A stretch of 64,000 bases of DNA from Candidatus Obscuribacteraceae bacterium (GTDB lineage Bacteria; Cyanobacteriota; Vampirovibrionia; Obscuribacterales; Obscuribacteraceae), in assembly GCA_044226015.1 (NCBI GenBank), contig JBGAHS010000006.1, positions 160,001 through 224,000 of the forward strand, in the 5' to 3' direction. Position 1 is the first letter of the stretch. The number at the start of each line of letters is the position of its first letter. A program made the position numbers and the translations under genes. Below the pieces are notes generated by a model, which did no database searches, had not been told where the DNA came from, and saw nothing but the letters and a program-made list of their open reading frames with translations. Of the stretch, positions 18,083 to 26,718 are shown one piece after another.

Positions 18083-18097
18083 TTAGAACTGATCTAT
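18083..18097 (+). promoter_or_regulatory. Second PerR-like box upstream of rubrerythrin
   Basis: TTAGA-ACTGA-TCTAT, same 5-5-5 layout as 17594-17608. Confidence 0.6.
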
Positions 18098-18126
18098 TTT
18101 TAGATTGGATACAGGAGAACGCGTCA

Positions 18127-18612
18127 ATGAACAATTTCAATAACAAAACAGAAGAAAACCTCCACTCAGCCTTTGCTGGTGAATCCATGGCGAATAGAAA
18201 GTACTTGTATTTCGCAAAGGTTGCCCGCAAGTTAGGAAACGAAGAAATTGCGAAGCTGTTTGAGGAAACTGCGCATCAAGAAACGGGGCATGCTTTCGCT
18301 CACCTTGAATTGATGTATCCATCAAATGAGCTGACGGTGGAGAGAATTCTTGAACTAGCTGTTGAAGGTGAACTCTACGAAACTAATCAGATGTATCCTG
18401 AATTCGAGCGCATCGCTCGCGAAGAAGGAAACGAGGCCGCTGTCGAAGAATTCAAAGAGCAACAAGCTGAATCTCGTGAGCACGCAGAAATTTTCACAAA
18501 AGCAGCAAAAAGGTTCAAAGCCCTCACCCTTGTTGAAAAATACCATGCAGATAGGTACCAGAAGGCTCTGGACAAATTGAACGCGTCCAATAGTTTGGAA
18601 CAGTCAGCTTAG
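18127..18612 (+). CDS. rbr: Rubrerythrin-family diiron protein lacking the rubredoxin domain
   Basis: AFAGESMANRKY, ETGHA, GELYE...MYP and ESREHA motifs; AGGAG RBS; no CxxC. Confidence 0.9.
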   Translation: MNNFNNKTEENLHSAFAGESMANRKYLYFAKVARKLGNEEIAKLFEETAHQETGHAFAHLELMYPSNELTVERILELAVEGELYETNQMYPEFERIAREEGNEAAVEEFKEQQAESREHAEIFTKAAKRFKALTLVEKYHADRYQKALDKLNASNSLEQSA

Positions 18613-18637
18613 TTCCCTAAGAAGCAGTGCTAAAATC

Positions 18638-18664
18638 AAGGTTGCCGTGTACTGCGGCAACCTT
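18638..18664 (+). terminator. Hairpin after rbr
   Basis: AAGGTTGCCG-N7-CGGCAACCTT followed by a weak U-tract. Confidence 0.6.
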
Positions 18665-18669
18665 ATTCC

Positions 18670-19005
18670 ATGCAGGAGGACGTCGTGAGTTCCAGTGCAG
18701 AAAATGATCGAATAGACCACATAGCGATTTCGGTAAAAGACGTGAAAGCAGCGGTTGAATGGTACACGACAAATTTCAGCTGCAGAGTCAAATATCAGGA
18801 CGAGACCTGGGCCTACCTTGCGTTTAACAATATCAATCTAGCCTTGGTGGTGCCTGGGCAACATCCAACCCATGTGGCATTCATTAGAGACGACGCTGAG
18901 AAATATGGTTCACTTAAGACCCACCGTGATGGCACGAAGTCTTGCTATATAGAAGACCCTGCTGGCAACGCGGTCGAAATCATGGAACCATACAAAGATT
19001 ACTAA
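18670..19005 (+). CDS. VOC/glyoxalase family protein
   Basis: IDHIAISV, HVAF and YIEDPAGNAVE motifs. Confidence 0.9.
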   Translation: MQEDVVSSSAENDRIDHIAISVKDVKAAVEWYTTNFSCRVKYQDETWAYLAFNNINLALVVPGQHPTHVAFIRDDAEKYGSLKTHRDGTKSCYIEDPAGNAVEIMEPYKDY

Positions 19006-19195
19006 AGTCGAGTTGCTGCACCAAAGGTAGTGCGCCATTAGGCTCAGCCAAGAGCAGCGAAATTAACTGGACTGTTAAAAGATACAGTTGCGGGTTCACG
19101 CAAATGTACTGTTTTACTGCGCAATAGTGCAGTTTCGAAGTCAGAATTCACGCAACGCCGAATAGATACCCTCTGTAATGTACGAGGGTTGTCTC

Positions 19196-20776
19196 ATGGA
19201 CGATATCACAAATACTCAAAAAAAGGCTTCTGACCACGATTTCAAATCTGTCGCTTGGATTGATTCACCAGTGAATGCCAACAAAAATGAAGAAAAGGCA
19301 GCCCTTGCAAAAATGGAAGACAGGTCGAACGTGGCTCTTGCAAAAATGCTGCCTTCACTTGAGATAATCGGCTTCACTAGAGCAGAAGTTAAGGTTGAAA
19401 ACCGTGCCGCAAAATCAAATGATGCTGGCAACAAAATTCCAGCAGCACCATGTGTCACTACAAATGAATTTGCAGGCATTGCTAAAGGGCTCTTGAAGAA
19501 AGCTGATAAGGATAAAGATGGACACGTTAGTAAAACGGAACTCGCTGCAGCACTGCAAGATCAATCAATCAAAGGAAAGGATGCACAGGTTCTCTCTGCG
19601 CTCTACAATGGTTTTGATAAGATTCACAACCTCAGCAAACATGAATATGTTTGGAACAAAGCGACCATTACCGATGGTGACATAGACCGCTTACAAGAGA
19701 AGATGAGCAAGCGCGATGTGGATGTGCTTGCCGCTCTAAACATGCGAGCTTGGGCACAAACTAATTTGAAGAGCTTTGCCGCAGATGGCGAAAAACTTAC
19801 TATGAATGATCTCAATAATGGACTAGCTCGTAAAAATCTCTCTGAAACTGATAGAGCAACTTTGACTCTCATCAAATCTAGATTCAATGAAATTGCTGAA
19901 AACTATGGGCTTCCGCTGATTGGAACCAAGGGCGCAAAACTTGAAGATTTCAGTTCTTTTGCAGATAAGGTCTGGTCCAATTCCCCAGATGCAAAAATCG
20001 CTATGAATATTCAGGGCGTAATGCGCCGAACCAATTTGGAAGCTCAAACAGGACAAACTTCAAGTGACCTCTTTGCTGACGGGCTCAACAGCGTGAGACC
20101 TGATGCCATCCGGCAAGGTGGCATTGGCGATTGCTATTTTGAGTCAGCACTGGCGGCGGTGGCAGTTGCAAACCCGAAAATCATCAAGGATATGATCAAA
20201 GAGAACAAAGATGGTTCTTTTACTGTCACATTTCCGGGCGCAAACAAGGAAGCAATTACCGTTAGCAAGCCCACTGAAGCGGAACTCGGACTCTACAATG
20301 GAGGAAGCTCGCACGGACTTTGGGCAGCAGTGTTGGAAAAAGCATATGGTCAATATCGAGACAATCACGCCTGGATAGGAAGCTACACGCCGCAAGAGGC
20401 CTCCGACGGGGGCGGGCGCCCTGAACCAGTAATTGAGTTGCTCACAGGTAAGGACGCATCGTGGAAGAGCGTTAGCGATCAAAAGTCGGTCGCACGTGAT
20501 CTTGAGAATGCGTTCAAAACAGGAAAAGCCGTAACAGCTGATATTTATCGCGACCCGTGGGATCTCATAGGCTTGGGCAAGACTGAGACGAACGATAAAT
20601 TCTATAAAGGTCATGCTTACTCAATCACAGCATTTAAACCAGATGGCAAAGGCGGCGGCGTAGTCACGATACGCAACCCATGGGGCGGAGAGCATGGCAG
20701 CACATCAGGTACCATCGATGTTCCTCTAGACAAGTTCATGAAAAACTTTTCGGCTTATTCAATCCAGAACAGATAA
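19196..20776 (+). CDS. Second calpain-like C2 cysteine peptidase with EF-hand
   Basis: QGGIGDCYF, GHAYSI and IRNPWG motifs; EF loop DKDKDGHVSKTE; paralog of the 840-2705 protein. Confidence 0.9.
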   Translation: MDDITNTQKKASDHDFKSVAWIDSPVNANKNEEKAALAKMEDRSNVALAKMLPSLEIIGFTRAEVKVENRAAKSNDAGNKIPAAPCVTTNEFAGIAKGLLKKADKDKDGHVSKTELAAALQDQSIKGKDAQVLSALYNGFDKIHNLSKHEYVWNKATITDGDIDRLQEKMSKRDVDVLAALNMRAWAQTNLKSFAADGEKLTMNDLNNGLARKNLSETDRATLTLIKSRFNEIAENYGLPLIGTKGAKLEDFSSFADKVWSNSPDAKIAMNIQGVMRRTNLEAQTGQTSSDLFADGLNSVRPDAIRQGGIGDCYFESALAAVAVANPKIIKDMIKENKDGSFTVTFPGANKEAITVSKPTEAELGLYNGGSSHGLWAAVLEKAYGQYRDNHAWIGSYTPQEASDGGGRPEPVIELLTGKDASWKSVSDQKSVARDLENAFKTGKAVTADIYRDPWDLIGLGKTETNDKFYKGHAYSITAFKPDGKGGGVVTIRNPWGGEHGSTSGTIDVPLDKFMKNFSAYSIQNR

Positions 20777-20836
20777 GTAGAATGCCTTACCAGCGCATGC
20801 TCTTAGCGCTTTGAGAGCACTGGTCTCAAGTCGGCA

Positions 20837-22717
20837 TCAATCAAAATGAGATGGTCTCTGATAGGGCTGCATAATTAGATAGTCGAACTCAGAAAAGTTA
20901 TTTTTGCCATAGCCGGGTTGATCGGAATGAAGCCAACTCAGCCCTCTGATTGTTGGCGCCTTGTCCAGTGGCACAGCGGTTGCAGCTGAGGGCGTAAACA
21001 GATTTCTCATGGGCTCTTCGCGGAAGAAATTATCATGCTGTCCGTAGAAAGTAGTCAATGGAACTCCGCGGTCGCGCAAGATTTTTGCAACTTGAGGTCC
21101 CTCTGCAGTCGCATCGACCATGTGCAGATGTCTGTTTCCGACCCAGAAAAGAACATTATTGTCTGGATTTTTCAATAATCCTTGCAGCTCCTTCGCCATC
21201 GTTTTGTTTCTCGAAAGCAAATCTGCTTTAGTTCCATCAATGGGCACAACCTGAATGCCCTCTTTCTTCGCCACTTCCAACATTCGTATGTACTCGTAGT
21301 GTTGAAGAAGTACTGGTAGTGAATTCACATCGACGGATCCATCAGGCTTGTAAATTCGCCCCTTAAAAGGTGTTGTATGCTCGATTGCAAGATGCGTCAG
21401 TCCGCCCTCTTTCTTAAGCTGCGGCAAGAGCCTTGCTGCCATATTTCTATGCTCGCTGTCCATAACATGATACTCGCCTACCATGACTAATCGATCTCGC
21501 TTGAGAGCGGATACCAGAGCCATACCAGGATTCTCACCGTGGGACTCAACTTCAGCGCGAATGCTTGCAGTCAGTTCGCGTTGGATATCCCATTTGGACT
21601 TTGCCTCTGCGGGTGGCTGCTCAGTTTGGGCTGCAGCTTTTGGCTGTTCTAAACGTTCTGACGCCGAAGGGACCTTTGAGGCTTTAGAAGCAGAGACTAG
21701 TTCAGTCTTTCCACCATCTTGAGCCGCTGAATCCAGAAGTATTTTCACATCTGGGCGCCTCGCACTTACGATAATGTTCTTACCTTCGTTGAGCCATTTG
21801 GGATCTGTCACCACAATAGTGTGATCTTTCGGAGCTTTGTAGATTGCAGCGCTCAGTTTGTCGTACCAACCACCCGGTGACGAAATTACAGTGACCTTGG
21901 GATCTGAAGCCAAAAGGCGAGGCAAATCTATTTCGGCAGGCGGCGATTTTGTTGCAAAATGTTTGAGTAAAGTTCCGCCACCATCAAATGCGGCACCAAA
22001 AGCAGCATAAGAAAGCGCTGAAGTCAGCAAGTCCTCTTTTGAGGCTTTGAAGCCGGTCTTTAATTCGATATCTGTGACACCAGCGGCAGCTCCGGAAACG
22101 CCACCAATGAGGATTTTCCGAGGCAGTTCAAATGCAAGACCAGTTCCTAGTGAAGGAATTCTGCGCTCGAGTCCAGAAGAAATGCCAGCCATAGTGGCAA
22201 AAGTAGCCGCACTAATAGCTCCCTCTTTTAGCCTGGACGACAAAAGGCTTTCCCCAGGTTTCAACTCGCTGAGGTTCAGAAGAGATCCAGTCAAAAATCC
22301 GGCCGTAGCTTGCTCACCAACAACCCGGTAAATAGAGGGATTTGCAGCTTCACCGAGCAACGCAGTGCCAACACGCCGTGTAGCAAAGCTCGCTGCAACG
22401 AAGGGAACTAGTGAGCCAAGCACCTTTCCAGCTTGCTCTTCGCCACTGACTTTCTTGTTTTCCTCTTTAATCTCAGCGCCTAAGAGCTGCTGAACGGCTT
22501 GTGCAGGGCGTTTGAAAGCACCATCTGCAACGCCATTAAAGAAAGCCTCATAACCTCTCTGAGCCTCCTTTTGAAGCAACGAACTTGTTTGCAACCGTGC
22601 TTCTGTGAACGATAGCCCAGATAGCCCTAACGTGTTTAATTCAGAGTCTCGTCCAAATGCGGACGCAGCACTTTCTACTTCTCTCACCAGCCCGCGTACT
22701 CCCGTCTCTGCACACAT
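20837..22717 (-). CDS. Gly/Ala-rich helical N-region fused to a C-terminal EreA/ChaN/TIKI-like domain
   Basis: MVGEYH, LTHLAIE, RNKTMA and VLFWVGNRHL motifs in the last ~240 aa. Confidence 0.7.
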   Translation of the reverse strand: MCAETGVRGLVREVESAASAFGRDSELNTLGLSGLSFTEARLQTSSLLQKEAQRGYEAFFNGVADGAFKRPAQAVQQLLGAEIKEENKKVSGEEQAGKVLGSLVPFVAASFATRRVGTALLGEAANPSIYRVVGEQATAGFLTGSLLNLSELKPGESLLSSRLKEGAISAATFATMAGISSGLERRIPSLGTGLAFELPRKILIGGVSGAAAGVTDIELKTGFKASKEDLLTSALSYAAFGAAFDGGGTLLKHFATKSPPAEIDLPRLLASDPKVTVISSPGGWYDKLSAAIYKAPKDHTIVVTDPKWLNEGKNIIVSARRPDVKILLDSAAQDGGKTELVSASKASKVPSASERLEQPKAAAQTEQPPAEAKSKWDIQRELTASIRAEVESHGENPGMALVSALKRDRLVMVGEYHVMDSEHRNMAARLLPQLKKEGGLTHLAIEHTTPFKGRIYKPDGSVDVNSLPVLLQHYEYIRMLEVAKKEGIQVVPIDGTKADLLSRNKTMAKELQGLLKNPDNNVLFWVGNRHLHMVDATAEGPQVAKILRDRGVPLTTFYGQHDNFFREEPMRNLFTPSAATAVPLDKAPTIRGLSWLHSDQPGYGKNNFSEFDYLIMQPYQRPSHFD

Positions 22718-22925
22718 ATTAGCGACGGAAGTTCCAGCTCAACATGGGGAAACTGCGAAAGTCCTACGATTTAAGGATTCATAGACAGAATCAAGACTTA
22801 AGCTACGGTTGGATATCGAGTCTGGATCGATACCGACTTCAAGCATCGGCTTCAAGATGCGAAACCTGCAATTGAGCGCTTGAGTCCGATTAAAGTACAA
22901 TGGGCCGACTTTCCGAGATAATTTC

Positions 22926-23723
22926 ATGACAGACCTCTTTGTTTTTTCACTTGCAACTGTTCTCACTACCATAGCTTCTATAGGCGGACTCTTGCTGGTT
23001 CGGCGGCTCGTAACTGTAGAAAAAATGCGAATGAACCACGATGTCGCCGATCCACTGCTATCGGTTGTGGGAACGCTATTTGCAGTCTTGTTGGGGTTCA
23101 TGGTTGCAAACGCGATGCAGCGTTTTGAAGAAGCTCGGTTAACTGCACAGCAAGAAGCAAGTGCAGTAGCAAATGTTTTCAGAGCAGCAGATGGTTTCCC
23201 CGACGGACCCAGAAAGAGGATTCAACACGCTTGCGAGTCCTATGTCGATCAGGTCATCAAAATTGAGTGGCCCGCACTGGCCGAGAAGAAAACAAGTGAG
23301 GTAGCCTGGGAATCCTATGACCAAATTTGGAAAGAGTGCGTCCACTTCATTCCCGAGAATGATGGACAGAGCAATATTCAACAGGGATTGATGGAATACC
23401 TGGGTGAGATGGGGAACTCTCGGAGAATGCGAGTAGGGGCTTTGCACAACGGTTTGCCAAAAGAACTTTGGGTGGTGCTGCTTGCTGGTGGTGCAGCAAC
23501 AATTTGCTTCACCTACTTCTTTGGCGTTGAAAATACTAGATTGCAAGTTTTGATGACGGCTCTCGTTAGCCTTGCTATTTGTCTGAACCTATTCTTGCTC
23601 GCCTGTTTTGATGACCCATTTTCTGGCGACGTAATGGTACGCCCCACAGCCTTCGAGACTGTTCGTAGCAACTTTAATGCTCTGGAACATCCCGGCAATA
23701 CATTTGTCGAAAACGTGCGCTAA
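22926..23723 (+). CDS. DUF4239/bestrophin-like membrane protein
   Basis: VGTLFAVLLGF, EA-x-A, RR-x-R, LP-x2-LW and DDPFSG pattern; four TM helices. Confidence 0.8.
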   Translation: MTDLFVFSLATVLTTIASIGGLLLVRRLVTVEKMRMNHDVADPLLSVVGTLFAVLLGFMVANAMQRFEEARLTAQQEASAVANVFRAADGFPDGPRKRIQHACESYVDQVIKIEWPALAEKKTSEVAWESYDQIWKECVHFIPENDGQSNIQQGLMEYLGEMGNSRRMRVGALHNGLPKELWVVLLAGGAATICFTYFFGVENTRLQVLMTALVSLAICLNLFLLACFDDPFSGDVMVRPTAFETVRSNFNALEHPGNTFVENVR

Positions 23724-23792
23724 CTGCCACAATTCATTTGACGCTTGCCGGCATTTTGCTTAGGATCGTGGCTTCCCTGCCTTTGAGTAGCT

Positions 23793-24866
23793 ATGGTTGA
23801 ACTACCAGGAAGGGTTGAAGCTGGTAAAAACAAAGAAGAATCTTTTGAACCTGCGGAGCTTGCCATTCGCGTTTGGGATTCGATTGCCTCCGAAATTTTC
23901 AAGCCTCATAGCAAATCTACTGCCAAGACAGCAGAAAAAGAATCAAGTAATACCTGGTCGGCTAAAGATAGCAAAGCCACTAGCGAGAAATCAGAGTATA
24001 TTCACAACAAAGCTTCTGTAGATGTCTCAAACGCAGAGTTTATTCGTAGCAATCCTGAATTGAAAGGAAAACCTTCCTCGGAGTGGAGCAAGGACGGAAA
24101 TTACAAGCTCAGGCATGCCACCACGGGTGAAGTCGATTCTGCTTGGAAGCTCACTGGTGTAAAAGGAGATGGAAGTGTTCAGCTTCAGAAGGATTATCGC
24201 TTAGAGGTCGCAAGCAAGAAAGATCATAGTGATTTGATCGAATCTATTCCTGGTGTTCAAGAAAAGCATGTAAAAGCTCTCGAGGCTAAACTAAATGAAC
24301 TTCCAGCGAACGTAAAGACAGCGCTGAAAGATGCTGGCTATAAGATTGTCGCCACCAGATTTAATACCGATGCAATTCCGGAACTCAAAGCACTTCATCC
24401 GAGAGGATGGGATCCCAGCGGTAATTTTGACACATCTGACGGAACACACGATAACGTCAGGCGGCTCATCCTTGCCCCTTACAGTTTCGTAAACAACAGA
24501 AGCGTAGAAGCCGTTTCTCGACCAGATGTTCTGGTTCACCAAATCGGGCATGCACTGGACCACGCGCTCGGAAAGCTATCAAACAAGCCAGAGTTTCAAG
24601 AAGCATTCGCTAAAGACATGCAGCAAATGGCAAAGAAAGAGCTAGATGATCGCGAAGAGGCGATTTTCTCTTATTTCAGCCAGAAGAAAGGTCCTGTTAA
24701 AGGCGAAAATCCTGGAAGTGAAGAGTGCTTTGCATCGTTATTCGGACTCGTGTTGACTGGTCCAGAGAATCCCATCGATAAGAAAGCCTTTGAGAACAAC
24801 TTTCAAAACACAATTCAGGTAGTGAAGCGACAGATTAAAGCACTTGGATCAGAACCAGGCAGATAG
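23793..24866 (+). CDS. Anthrax-lethal-factor-like (ATLF) zinc metallopeptidase homolog with HQxxH
   Basis: HPRGW, VLVHQIGHALD and downstream EECFA motifs; no signal peptide. Confidence 0.75.
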   Translation: MVELPGRVEAGKNKEESFEPAELAIRVWDSIASEIFKPHSKSTAKTAEKESSNTWSAKDSKATSEKSEYIHNKASVDVSNAEFIRSNPELKGKPSSEWSKDGNYKLRHATTGEVDSAWKLTGVKGDGSVQLQKDYRLEVASKKDHSDLIESIPGVQEKHVKALEAKLNELPANVKTALKDAGYKIVATRFNTDAIPELKALHPRGWDPSGNFDTSDGTHDNVRRLILAPYSFVNNRSVEAVSRPDVLVHQIGHALDHALGKLSNKPEFQEAFAKDMQQMAKKELDDREEAIFSYFSQKKGPVKGENPGSEECFASLFGLVLTGPENPIDKKAFENNFQNTIQVVKRQIKALGSEPGR

Positions 24867-24999
24867 AGCGTTTTCAGCCCCAGAACATTAACGTCAAAAA
24901 AGACATGCGTGGTTCCCCTTATGGACCGGACTGCGTTTCAAAGAATTTTCAAATTTGGTGAATAGATTTAGCCCATAACTTCTATAGGGCTTGGTCAAA

Positions 25000-25854
25000 A
25001 TGGGAAGACACAGCGCAGTCGAATCACCTGTATATCAGGATAGTTTCACATCTGGCGGTAGAGATAACTTTGATTCACCTATGGCTTACGACAGAAGACC
25101 AGTGGTCGAACGTTGCGCCGATCTAACAGCAAATTCAAGCAATACAAACGCGAGCGATGACTTCTATTCTAATCGCACCCGCGTAACTGCTGAAGATAAA
25201 AGCGGGGTGCTTGTAATGCCGCCCTGCAGTGAATATCAGAAGCAATGCCGCGAACCAGTTGTGGTGATCAACAACTATAACGTTCAAGACGAGTACAATT
25301 CTCGCTATGACACAGGCTATCAGAATGGGCGTGCGCAGTATGCTTGCAATCGCCGCTACTATGAACCGCAATACAACGAGCAATACAATCAGTATCAGAA
25401 CCAGTATCGAGCGCAATACTATAATCAGTACCAGAACGGGTACAACGCACAGTACTACAACCAGTACCAGAACCCGTACCAGAACCCGTACAATGCGCAG
25501 TACTACAACCAGTATCAAAATCCATACAATTACAATCAGTACTATAACCAGTACCAAAATCCGTACAATGCGCAGTACTACAACCAATACCAGTACTACA
25601 ACAACCCCTATCAAAACTACAACTCATGCTACCAGGGACGATACTACCAACCCTACTATTACAATAACTGCCAAGGAAGCACATTCAGCAATCTAGCTGG
25701 CATGGCAATTAGCATGGGACTGGGAATTGCAGGCTCTGCTATTTGGAATCACAGATACAATCGCGGTCACCATAATTACAACAACTACAATAACTACAAC
25801 AATAATTGGTATCGCAATCAGATGCCATTTGCACGAGGACGACACCACTGCTAA
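25000..25854 (+). CDS. Tyr/Asn/Gln-rich repeat protein with a C-terminal Gly-rich hydrophobic helix
   Basis: YNAQYYNQYQNP repeats; LAGMAISMGLGIAGSAIW; YNN tail. Confidence 0.8.
   Translation: MGRHSAVESPVYQDSFTSGGRDNFDSPMAYDRRPVVERCADLTANSSNTNASDDFYSNRTRVTAEDKSGVLVMPPCSEYQKQCREPVVVINNYNVQDEYNSRYDTGYQNGRAQYACNRRYYEPQYNEQYNQYQNQYRAQYYNQYQNGYNAQYYNQYQNPYQNPYNAQYYNQYQNPYNYNQYYNQYQNPYNAQYYNQYQYYNNPYQNYNSCYQGRYYQPYYYNNCQGSTFSNLAGMAISMGLGIAGSAIWNHRYNRGHHNYNNYNNYNNNWYRNQMPFARGRHHC
25360..25665 (+). repeat. Imperfect in-frame repeats with a ~36-nt unit (tacaatgcgcagtactacaaccagtaccagaacccg)
   Basis: Repeated gcagtactacaacca and ccagtaccagaac blocks. Confidence 0.85.
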
Positions 25855-25880
25855 AATCGGGATAATAACCTGAGGTAGAA

Positions 25881-26705
25881 GTGGCTAATTTCAGCGAAAT
25901 CCAGAAGCAAATAAACCAGTTGCTTGAATCTCTAAGTGCTGAGGAATTTCCACCCGTCAAACAGTTATTAAAAGCAAATCTAAGAGCCTGTTTTAACGGG
26001 CGTTTAATCGATGAAGACCCCGAACCGCGAAGCTCAAGGCTTGGCGGTTCACCATTTTTGCCGTTTGAAATCGAGCATCCCCGTGAAAAGAGGGGAACAG
26101 CAATGCGGTTTGTGCTGCAGGTAAACTTTGCTGAGCTGCAAAAGCTAACAGATCGCAGTATGCCAGATCTTGTACTGGCTTTGTTTGGAAATTCCGATAA
26201 CGATTACTCCAACGCAAAAGACAAGAATGCATTTCGCTGCGTGCAGATCGCAAACCCATCAGACAAAACATTCATGCCATCTAGTTTCCCTGAGGCTTCC
26301 ATTTCATCCTCTTCCAAGGGAATTATTTTTACTGCTGGATGGGCGCTTCCACGATACGAAAACGACTGGAAGAATACGCAGGGAATTGCACCTGAGATCA
26401 TTCGCCGGCTGTCGGAAATCGCTAATAGCGAAAATCGTGCCGATATACAAATTTTCGGACATTCCCTAACGGCGAGCGCAAAGGAATTGAGAGAGATTGC
26501 TGCGTTTGCCGCAAATGGAGTTTCATGGTCTGAGGCTAGAAGCATGGACTCTTGTTTCAGCCATCTTGTCGAGAATTCACATCACTGGCTGCCTTTAATT
26601 CAAGTAAAAGACAGCTTCATGCCGGATAAAATGCTTGCTTTGCTTATAACAGAAGAATCCCTGGCTCAAGGAGAACTTGATAAATCCTGGCTTCTGTTTG
26701 TCTAA
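25881..26705 (+). CDS. YwqG/DUF1963-like protein
   Basis: SRLGGSPFLP...P...MRFVLQVNFAEL N-terminal motif; GTG with GAGGT RBS. Confidence 0.7.
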   Translation: MANFSEIQKQINQLLESLSAEEFPPVKQLLKANLRACFNGRLIDEDPEPRSSRLGGSPFLPFEIEHPREKRGTAMRFVLQVNFAELQKLTDRSMPDLVLALFGNSDNDYSNAKDKNAFRCVQIANPSDKTFMPSSFPEASISSSSKGIIFTAGWALPRYENDWKNTQGIAPEIIRRLSEIANSENRADIQIFGHSLTASAKELREIAAFAANGVSWSEARSMDSCFSHLVENSHHWLPLIQVKDSFMPDKMLALLITEESLAQGELDKSWLLFV

Positions 26706-26718
26706 ATTAAGAACAGTC

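Noticed and set aside
25135..25696. Val/Leu-rich, Cys/Thr-rich and Thr-rich ORFs over the YNQ repeats
   Set aside because: Other-frame readings of the same low-complexity DNA, with no independent support
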